Below are positions 56,963 to 64,000 of a stretch of DNA of 64,000 nucleotides, piece by piece. How positions within the stretch are numbered: the stretch's first letter is position 1; the number at the start of each line of letters is the position of its first letter. The DNA is from Thermoanaerobaculia bacterium. Lineage in GTDB: Bacteria > Acidobacteriota > Thermoanaerobaculia > Gp7-AA8. The translations under genes were made by a program, and so were the position numbers. The stretch spans positions 134,940 to 198,939 of the forward strand of contig DASPHC010000055.1 in the NCBI GenBank assembly GCA_035629865.1, read 5' to 3'. Under the pieces are notes generated by a model. It was not told the DNA's origin, ran no database searches, and was given only the letters and a program-made list of their open reading frames with translations.

Positions 56963-59287
56963 GTGGCCGATGCCTTCCCGACAGTTCTGGACCATTACCG
57001 AGTCCTCTCGCTGATCGGCGCGGGAGGCATGGGCGAGGTCTACCTGGCCAGCGACGACAAGCTCGGCCGGAGGGTGGCGATCAAGATCCTCCCCGACTCC
57101 GTCAGCCGCGACACCGAGGCGAAGCTGCGCATGCTCCGCGAGGCCCGGGCCGTGGCGGCGCTCGATCATCCGAACGTCTGCACGATCTATGAGGTCGGCG
57201 AGCACGAGGGGCGTCCCTACATCGTCATGCAGTTCGTCGAGGGCGAGACGCTCTTCGACCGGCTCCAGCAGTCGCGCATGTCCCCGACTGAATGCCTCGA
57301 CGTGGCCACGCAGGTCGCGGCGGCGCTCGACGAGGCCCACAGCCACGGCGTGGTCCACCGCGACATCAAGCCGATGAACATCATGCTCACCCCGCGCGGC
57401 GTGGTGAAGGTGCTCGACTTCGGCCTGGCGAAGTTCACCGGCGGTATCGACGCCACGGCCGACTCGCTCAAGTCGCGCACCGGCATCATCACCGGGACGG
57501 CGCCGTACATGTCGCCGGAGCAGCTTCGCGGCTCGACGGTCGACGCGCGCACCGACATCTTCTCCCTTGGCGTGGTTCTCTACGAGATGGTCACCGGCCG
57601 CCGCCCCTTCGAGCGTGGCAGCACGGTCGCGACGATCACGGCCATCCTCTTCGAGGAGCCGAACCCGGTCGACGAGCCGGGCTTCACGGCCTTCGTGCCG
57701 ATCCTCCGCCGGGCCATGGCGAAGGAACCGTCGAAACGCTACAGCACCGTCGGGATGCTGCTCGAGGCGCTGCAGGACGTGAAGGCGCGGCCTCGCTCCG
57801 GCGCGAAGCGCCCCCCGCGCGCTGCCACCGCGGAGCTCGACCCGACGGAGTCGATGGAGCGTCCGGCCGTGACCCGCCCGCGCAGCGGACGGATCGAATC
57901 GCTGGCCGTGCTGCCGTCGGTGAGCGGCGACCTCGAGGCCAGCCTCGAATATCTCGTCTACGGCCTCAGCGAAGGGATCGTCAACGCGCTCGCCCAAGTC
58001 CGGAAGCTGCGCGTGATCGCGCCCGGCACGGCCGCCCAGTACGCCGGTACCGAGCCGGATCCGCGGGAGGCGGGACGCGAGTTGAACGTCGCCGCGATCG
58101 TGGTCGTGAGGGCGCGCGTCGACGGTGACCAGCTGCACGCGGACGTCGACCTGGTCAGCACCGCCGACGGCTCGCTGCTCTGGTCGTCGAAGTACACACG
58201 CGCGGTCCACGAGGTCGCGGCGCTCTCCGAGGCCATCGCGGACGACATCGCGGAACGGATCCGCGGCGGCACCACCACGTCGCCGCGGCGCGCAGCGAAG
58301 AAGAAGCGAGCCATCGACGTGGAAGCGGAGCAGTTGCACCTCAAGGGGCGCTTCCAGTGGATCAAGCGCCATCCGGAGGCGGTCAAGCGGGCCATGACCT
58401 TCTTCCAGCAGGCGGTGGAGCGCGACCCGTCGTTCGCCCTCCCCTACGCCGGTCTCGCCGACTGCTTCGTGATGCTCGGCTTCATGCAGGCCCTCCCGCC
58501 GCGGGAGATCCTGCCGAAAGTGAAGGCGGCGGCGAAGAAAGCGATCGAGCTCGATCCGCTGCTCGCCGATCCGCACGCCACGCTCGGCTATGCCGCCGGC
58601 CTGTTCGAGTGGAACCTGGAGGCCGGCCAGCTCGAGCTCGAGGAGGCGATGCGCCTCAACCCGAATTATCCGTGGGCGCCGCACTGGCTGGGCATCCTCA
58701 TGTCCGGCCGCGGGCATACGCGGCGCGCGCTGGAGCTGATCGACATGGGGAAGGACCTCGATCCGCTCTCCCCGATCATCAACGTCAGCGCCGGGATCCC
58801 GCTCCACATCGCCCGCCGCTACGACGACGCGGTGAATTGCTACCGCTCGGTCCTGGAGATGGACCCGACGCTCGCCCCCGGCCACTATTACCTCGGCATG
58901 TCGCTGCAGATGCGCGGCGAGTACGACGAGGCCGCGCGCTCCATCGAGCGCGCCATCGAGATCGCCGGCCCGGCCCCGATCTTCCTCGGCGGCATCGCCC
59001 ACGTCTTCGCCTCCGCCGGCCGCACCGCCGACGCGACGCGCATGGTCGACGAGCTACACACCATGGCCCGCCAGCGCTACGTCTCCCCCTATGGCTTCGC
59101 CATCGCCCACACGGGCCTCGGCCAGAACGACGAGGCCCTGGCCGCGCTGGAGAAAACGCTCGACGAGCACAACGCCTGGGCGTACTTCATCCCGGTGGAC
59201 CCAAGGTTCGACAGCCTGCGCGAGGATGCGCGGTTTGGACCGCTGGTGGAGAAGTATGGGCTGCCGGCCAGTTGCGAGATCGACTGA
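56963..59287 (+). CDS. Serine/threonine protein kinase with C-terminal TPR domain
   Basis: GxGxxG IGAGGMGEVY, VAIK, HRDIKPMN, DFG and APE motifs. TPR repeats lie in the C-terminal 330 aa. Confidence 0.85.
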   Translation: MADAFPTVLDHYRVLSLIGAGGMGEVYLASDDKLGRRVAIKILPDSVSRDTEAKLRMLREARAVAALDHPNVCTIYEVGEHEGRPYIVMQFVEGETLFDRLQQSRMSPTECLDVATQVAAALDEAHSHGVVHRDIKPMNIMLTPRGVVKVLDFGLAKFTGGIDATADSLKSRTGIITGTAPYMSPEQLRGSTVDARTDIFSLGVVLYEMVTGRRPFERGSTVATITAILFEEPNPVDEPGFTAFVPILRRAMAKEPSKRYSTVGMLLEALQDVKARPRSGAKRPPRAATAELDPTESMERPAVTRPRSGRIESLAVLPSVSGDLEASLEYLVYGLSEGIVNALAQVRKLRVIAPGTAAQYAGTEPDPREAGRELNVAAIVVVRARVDGDQLHADVDLVSTADGSLLWSSKYTRAVHEVAALSEAIADDIAERIRGGTTTSPRRAAKKKRAIDVEAEQLHLKGRFQWIKRHPEAVKRAMTFFQQAVERDPSFALPYAGLADCFVMLGFMQALPPREILPKVKAAAKKAIELDPLLADPHATLGYAAGLFEWNLEAGQLELEEAMRLNPNYPWAPHWLGILMSGRGHTRRALELIDMGKDLDPLSPIINVSAGIPLHIARRYDDAVNCYRSVLEMDPTLAPGHYYLGMSLQMRGEYDEAARSIERAIEIAGPAPIFLGGIAHVFASAGRTADATRMVDELHTMARQRYVSPYGFAIAHTGLGQNDEALAALEKTLDEHNAWAYFIPVDPRFDSLREDARFGPLVEKYGLPASCEID

Positions 59288-59462
59288 CGGTTGGACCCTT
59301 TCCCGACATCCCTTGCGGCGAGACGCCGCCGGCGCCGGGACGGCCCCCGACCAGACGGGGGAGACGCCGGCGCTCCCCGTGGCGGGAGCGGAGGTGCTCG
59401 GGAGGCCGGCAGGGGTGTGGACGAGAGCTACCAAACCACGGCAAGCCATCGTGCGTACATAG

Positions 59463-60440
59463 TTGGTGCGCTCCATGATGACTCGCGTTCTCCCGCTGGT
59501 TCTGCTGTGCGTCCTCACGGTTTCATCGCCCGCCTGGTGCGAGACGGTCGCCGGCCCTCCGGGACGGATGGTCGATGTCGGAGGGCGGCGTCTGCATCTG
59601 CTCTGCGTCGGTGCCGGCTCCCCAACCGTCGTTTTCGAATCCGGTCTCGGCGAAGGCTCGTACGCATGGGCTCTCGTACAGCCTGCCGTCGGACGGCAGT
59701 ATCGTGCCTGCTCCTACGACCGCAGCGGCATCGCGTTCAGCGATCCCGATCCGGCCCCGCGGTCTGTTGCCGGATTGGTGAGTGACCTTCATGAACTGCT
59801 GGGTCGTTCGGGCGAGCGCGGACCCTATCTTCTTGTCGGTCACTCGCTGGGCGGACTCTTCGTCCGCCGGTACGCGATGCGCTATCCGGACGAGGTCGCG
59901 GGATTAGTGCTCGTCGACTCGTCGCACGAGGACGGACGCCGCACCGCATCGCGCGAGATCGCCGACGCACAGGCGAAGGCTCTGGCAGCGAGAGGCGAAC
60001 AGATGAAGAGGTGGCGTGTGTCCGGACAGTTCGAGGAGATGGGATTCCATGACAAGGTCCCGAAGAGCATGCTCAGGGTGCTCAAACCTCGCAGCGGGTC
60101 GGAGAACTGGTGGGATGCACGGTTCCGTGAAAACAGCCTGCCCGATGCACAGGACGACCTCACGCCCGAGCAGCGGCGTCTCCAGGTACCGGTTGTCGTG
60201 ATCACCGCGACCGAGTGGCCTACGCCGCGAAACTATCCTCCGATCGCGTGGAAGCAACACATCGAAACCCGGATGCGCCTGCAGGAAGAGCTCGCGTCCC
60301 GGTCGCCGCGCTCGAAGCATATCGTCGTTCGGACTGAGCATCACGTCCAGTTCGAGAACCCGGACATTGTCATCAAATCGATCGTCGAGCTGGCACGCCA
60401 CTGGCGGACCTGGCCTTCGACGGGATCTCCTTCGCAGTGA
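59463..60440 (+). CDS. Secreted alpha/beta hydrolase
   Basis: Signal peptide plus nucleophile elbow GHSLGG. Confidence 0.7.
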   Translation: MVRSMMTRVLPLVLLCVLTVSSPAWCETVAGPPGRMVDVGGRRLHLLCVGAGSPTVVFESGLGEGSYAWALVQPAVGRQYRACSYDRSGIAFSDPDPAPRSVAGLVSDLHELLGRSGERGPYLLVGHSLGGLFVRRYAMRYPDEVAGLVLVDSSHEDGRRTASREIADAQAKALAARGEQMKRWRVSGQFEEMGFHDKVPKSMLRVLKPRSGSENWWDARFRENSLPDAQDDLTPEQRRLQVPVVVITATEWPTPRNYPPIAWKQHIETRMRLQEELASRSPRSKHIVVRTEHHVQFENPDIVIKSIVELARHWRTWPSTGSPSQ

Positions 60441-60495
60441 ATACCGCCGCAGTGACGAACCAGAAATTTGGGGTCACCGCCCCTTCCTCCGCGCC

Positions 60496-60909
60496 TCAGT
60501 GCGTCATCCCCCACCCCACGAGAAAGATTCCGATGGCGAGCAGCACCACGGAGCAGCCGATCTTGCGGGTACGGGGAACGGGACGGGCGCCCGAGGGAAG
60601 GTTCGGGTCGTACGCCACCTGCAGCGGCGCCCCGACGGTTTTGGGAGCATCGGCGGCGTCGATCTCGTACTCGACGCCATCGGCCGCGCGAAAGCGGACG
60701 ATGGGAACGGTATAGAACGAATCGCTGGACGTCGGGGCGTTCCTCGACAGATGTCCTCTCCTCCCAATGCGGGAAACGAAGCCTTCGGCCTTCGCCGCTC
60801 CGGCACACCACACCTCATGGCTCCGGTGCGCCTTGCTGTCGGCCCGCCAGAAAAACGCCGCGACCGCGCAGGCAGCCGCACCGGCTGCGACCAGGGACGT
60901 GTCCGGCAT
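60496..60909 (-). CDS. Hypothetical membrane protein (DUF3592-like)
   Basis: N-terminal transmembrane segment and C-terminal transmembrane segment flank a beta-rich segment. The start is uncertain. Confidence 0.4.
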   Translation of the reverse strand: MPDTSLVAAGAAACAVAAFFWRADSKAHRSHEVWCAGAAKAEGFVSRIGRRGHLSRNAPTSSDSFYTVPIVRFRAADGVEYEIDAADAPKTVGAPLQVAYDPNLPSGARPVPRTRKIGCSVVLLAIGIFLVGWGMTH

Positions 60910-60986
60910 GCGGCCATGATCGAGAGATCGGCGGCGAATGTCCACCGGCGTTGGTGATGCAGGACGTGCCGGCGGAACCGGCACCC

Positions 60987-61358
60987 TCAGCGGTGCTGAT
61001 CGACGAGAACCGGGTTTCCGTCGGGGTCCTCCGCGATGAAGCTGGCCGGACCGGTCGTGCTCTCATCGGCTTCGCTGACGAACTGAACGCCCTGTGCCTT
61101 CAACTGGCGCTGCAATTCGCGGACGTCCGTGAACGTCGCCAACTCCTGGGCATTGCTGTCCCAGCCAGGGTTGAAGGTCAGGATGTTCTTCTCGAACATG
61201 CCCTGAAAGAGCCCGATGACATGGTCGCCGTTCTTCAGGAGCAGCCAATTCTGGGAAGGATCGCCCCCGAACGCTTTGAACCCGAACTTCTCATAAAACT
61301 CCCTCGATGCGCCGAGGTCCTTGACCGCCAGGCTGATCGAAAACGCGCCGAGCTCCAT
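60987..61358 (-). CDS. VOC-family (glyoxalase/bleomycin-resistance fold) protein
   Basis: Full-length beta-alpha-beta-beta-beta glyoxalase fold pattern, with PDGNPV near the C-terminus. Confidence 0.7.
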   Translation of the reverse strand: MELGAFSISLAVKDLGASREFYEKFGFKAFGGDPSQNWLLLKNGDHVIGLFQGMFEKNILTFNPGWDSNAQELATFTDVRELQRQLKAQGVQFVSEADESTTGPASFIAEDPDGNPVLVDQHR

Positions 61359-61526
61359 GTCCTGCTCCCGTGTGTTTCAAGATTCCGGAGCGATGTGCTT
61401 CGCCGGTCGGAGAGTGAGGGCGGAATGGTACCGCTTCCTCGCAACGGTGTGCCGTACCGACTGCTCTGACCCCCACCTCTTCCGGAAATAGGCGGCCGCT
61501 CGCGGGTGCAAAGACTCCGACGAGAG

Positions 61527-61740
61527 GCGCCGAAGGCGGCGAAAGATCTGCGTAGGCCCGCCCTTTAGGCCGGGTTACGCGTGGACACGTTCCAAGCCCG
61601 CGTAGCGGGCGACAGAACACAAGCCCGCGCAGACGTGCTTTTCTGTCGCCCGCTACGCGGGCTCACCTGAGGGGCGCTTGTGAAACCCGGCCTAAAGGCC
61701 GGGCCTACAGATCTTTCGCCGCCTTCGGCGGCTCCTGCAA
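61527..61740. mobile_element. MITE-like palindromic element, copy 2 (same family as 17680..17915)
   Basis: GCCGAAGGCGGCGAAAGATCTGCGTAGGCCCGCCCTTTAGGCCGGGT ... GTCGCCCGCTACGCGGG ... ACCCGGCCTAAAGGCCGGGCCTACAGATCTTTCGCCGCCTTCGGCGGC. Confidence 0.7.
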
Positions 61741-61913
61741 GGTCAGAGGACACCGTTTCCTGGAAACGGCACTTAGATGGCGCAGAAGTCGACGTTGGGA
61801 TCAGAAGTCGCTGCTCTGCCTCCAGGCGAGGAGTGTCGGCACATCGCTTCGTCCCTACCCAGCGAACGTACGCGATCTGGTTTTTCAACAGAACCGAGAC
61901 AGCCGTGAGCTGT

Positions 61914-63782
61914 CTACCCCGCTGCCGGCTGTAGCGGTAACTCGTCATCCACAAACTGCAGGTCATACAACTTCCGGTACACCCCGCGCCGCGCCAGCAG
62001 TTCTTCGTGCGTTCCCACCTCCACGATCGCTCCCTTGTCGAGCACCACGATCTTGTGGGCGCTGCGGATGGTGGAGAGGCGGTGGGCGATGACGAGGGTG
62101 GTGCGGCCTCGCATGAGGTTGTTGAGGGCTTGCTGGACGAGGCGTTCGGATTCGGTGTCGAGGGCGGAGGTGGCTTCGTCGAGGATGAGGATGGGGGGGT
62201 CTTTGAAGAGGGCGCGGGCGATGGCGAGGCGCTGGCGCTGGCCGCCGGAGAGGAGGACGCCGCTTTCGCCGATGGAGGTGTCGTAGCCTTTGGGGAGGTT
62301 GGTGATGAATTCGTGGGCGTTGGCGGCCTGGGCGGCTTCGATGACCTGGCGTTCGTCGACGTCGGAGCGGCCGTAGGCGATGTTGTTGCGGACGGTGTCG
62401 TTGAAGAGGATGACTTCCTGGGTGACGAAGCCCATGAGGCCGCGCAGCGATTTGAGACGGGTGTCGCGGATGTCGACGCCGTCGACGGTGATCCGGCCTT
62501 CGCTGACGTCGTAGAAGCGCGGGAGGAGGTTGACCAGGGTGGACTTCCCTGCCCCGCTGCCGCCGACGAGGGCGACGATCTCGCCCGGCGCGACGTCGAG
62601 GTTGACGTTGCGGAGGACGGGGTCGTTGCCGTAGGTGAAGGTGACGTTTTCGTAGTGCACGCCGCTGCCGACGGACTGGATCTCGACGGCGTCCGGCTTC
62701 TCGGTGACTTCGTTGGGGATGTCGAGCATGCGGAAGACGCGCTCGGCGGCCGACAAGGCGGTGTTGAGGGAGAGGTTGACTTTGTTGAGCTTCTTGATCG
62801 GCGCGTACATCAGGGCCAGGGCGGTGAGGAAGCTGGCGAATTCGCCGCCGGTGAGGGTGCCGGCGGCGATGCGGGACTGGGCGTAGCCGAAGAGCATGAC
62901 CATGCAGAAGCCGGCCAGGAGCTCCATCACCGGCGAGGTCATGGCCTGCACGCGCTGCGCGCTAAGGGTCCAGCGGAGGTGCTTGCGGGTGGCTTCGTGG
63001 AAACGGCCGATCTCGAACGGTTCCATGGTGAAGGCTTTGACGATGCGGACGCCGCGGATGGTCTCTTCGAGCAGGGTCGCGATCTCGGCCATGCGCTCCT
63101 GGGAGCGATGGGTGGTCTTGCGGAGGCGTTTCCCGAACTGCACGACGGGAAAGACGATCAGCGGTGCGCCGACGAGGCTGACCAGGGCGAGCACGGGGTT
63201 GAGGATGAAGAGCCAGCAGATCAGGCCGACCAGCGTGACCGATTCCTGCAGCAGGTCGCCCATGCGGGTCGACACGGCGGCCTGGATGGCGTCGGCGTCG
63301 GAGACGACCCGGCTGACGATCTCGCCGGTGGAGCGCTCGCTGAAGAAGCGATGGCTCTGGCCGATCATCCGTTCGTAGAGTTGGTTGCGCAGCGCGCGGA
63401 CGGTGGATAGGCCGACTTTCTGGAATGAGTATTCGGAGAGGAACGAGGTGATGGCCCGGACGACGAAGACCATCAGCAGGATGGTGAGGACGCGCTTCCA
63501 GCGCAACTTCGGGTCGCCGTTCCACCACGCCTTGAAGCGCTTCTGGACGCGGTTGACGGCGGGCAGGTTCTGCTCGAGGAATCGTTCGGCGCCGGAGACG
63601 CGGGGGTTGGGCTCCCCTTTCCTCTGGATGCCCGGAGGCGTGAGAACGTCGTCGACGATCGGCTGCACGAGCGCCGCGAGAACGGTCTGGGTCAGCGCGA
63701 AGACGATCATCGAGCCGAAGGCGAGGAATGCCCAGGCTTTGTAGGCGCGGAGGTAGCCGTAGAGGCGGCGGAGGGGGGTCAT
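61914..63782 (-). CDS. msbA: ABC transporter ATP-binding/permease protein, MsbA-like lipid exporter
   Basis: Six-TM ABC_membrane domain plus NBD motifs ([29 protein letters not shown]). Confidence 0.85.
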   Translation of the reverse strand: MTPLRRLYGYLRAYKAWAFLAFGSMIVFALTQTVLAALVQPIVDDVLTPPGIQRKGEPNPRVSGAERFLEQNLPAVNRVQKRFKAWWNGDPKLRWKRVLTILLMVFVVRAITSFLSEYSFQKVGLSTVRALRNQLYERMIGQSHRFFSERSTGEIVSRVVSDADAIQAAVSTRMGDLLQESVTLVGLICWLFILNPVLALVSLVGAPLIVFPVVQFGKRLRKTTHRSQERMAEIATLLEETIRGVRIVKAFTMEPFEIGRFHEATRKHLRWTLSAQRVQAMTSPVMELLAGFCMVMLFGYAQSRIAAGTLTGGEFASFLTALALMYAPIKKLNKVNLSLNTALSAAERVFRMLDIPNEVTEKPDAVEIQSVGSGVHYENVTFTYGNDPVLRNVNLDVAPGEIVALVGGSGAGKSTLVNLLPRFYDVSEGRITVDGVDIRDTRLKSLRGLMGFVTQEVILFNDTVRNNIAYGRSDVDERQVIEAAQAANAHEFITNLPKGYDTSIGESGVLLSGGQRQRLAIARALFKDPPILILDEATSALDTESERLVQQALNNLMRGRTTLVIAHRLSTIRSAHKIVVLDKGAIVEVGTHEELLARRGVYRKLYDLQFVDDELPLQPAAG

Positions 63783-63786
63783 GTTG

Positions 63787-63835
63787 CGAGAGATGAGAGA
63801 TGAGCGATGAGAGATGAACGATGAGAGATGAACGG
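63787..63835. repeat. Palindromic repeat (GAGAGATGAGCGATGA family), direct-repeat-rich copy
   Basis: gagagatgagagatgagcgatgagagatgaacgatgagagatgaacg immediately upstream of the msbA start. Confidence 0.65.
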
Positions 63836-63865
63836 GGGCCGGCCGGCGACAGGACGCCCATGCCT

Positions 63866-64000
63866 CTGCTGCCGTAGGCAGCAAAAGATCTGTAGGCCCG
63901 GCCTTCAGGCCGGGTAAAGCGTGGATCGATGTTCGAGTCCGCGTAGCGGACGACAGACCAGAAACGCGCCGGTGGTCTTTTCTGTCGCCCGCTACGCGGG
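63866..64000. mobile_element. MITE-like palindromic element, copy 3 (cut by window end)
   Basis: GCCGTAGGCAGCAAAAGATCTGTAGGCCCGGCCTTCAGGCCGGGT ... GTCGCCCGCTACGCGGG matches copies 1 and 2. Confidence 0.65.

Noticed and set aside
62007-63410. 467-aa plus-strand ORF antisense to msbA
   Set aside because: It is a shadow of the ABC exporter gene. It is Gly/Asp/Ala-rich with no motifs.
1-64000. tRNA, rRNA or other structured RNA genes
   Set aside because: No cloverleaf-compatible segments or rRNA-like conserved stretches were noticed by eye in intergenic regions. A tRNAscan/Infernal run would be needed to be sure.

Overview
This is a high-GC (about 65-70%) bacterial chromosomal segment. Gene content (rpoN-hpf-hprK-rapZ-PTS locus, LptFG and LptC/A-like fusions, many CarboxypepD_reg and TPR proteins) suggests Acidobacteriota or a similar lineage, though that is inference. 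Most coding capacity is housekeeping. A TolC/Yip1/ABC-ATPase cluster sits at the 5' end. A family-5 ABC substrate-binding protein plus two permeases follow, then coaD and a panE-kpsF-lolA-yajQ-ispB block. Downstream are pckA, a fused LptF/LptG permease, parAB, miaB, and a conserved lptC/A-lptB-rpoN-hpf-hprK-rapZ-EIIA(Man)-ptsH-ptsI locus interrupted by a hicAB toxin-antitoxin pair. The window ends with recJ, accA, priA, a family-4 UDG, coaBC-rpoZ-gmk-yicC, a DUF374 acyltransferase, a Ser/Thr kinase-TPR protein and an msbA-like exporter. Many ORFs in the six-frame track are antisense shadow ORFs of high-GC DNA and I do not call them. No tRNA, rRNA or CRISPR array was seen. The accessory and unusual content is as follows. 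(1) An operon encodes a 12-cysteine small secreted peptide, a large secreted CarboxypepD_reg multi-domain protein and a secreted PDZ protein. (2) An S55 (SpoIVB-like) peptidase is paired with a secreted Reg_prop/Y_Y_Y-like beta-propeller protein that lacks signalling domains. (3) A frameshifted PIN-domain gene overlaps an unknown upstream gene. (4) Two long tandem arrays (21-bp x13 and 22-bp x13) both sit in convergent intergenic gaps. (5) An A10 homopolymer frameshift interrupts the DUF374 acyltransferase gene. (6) At least eight distinct families of intergenic palindromic or MITE-like repeats occur, one of which brackets msbA.
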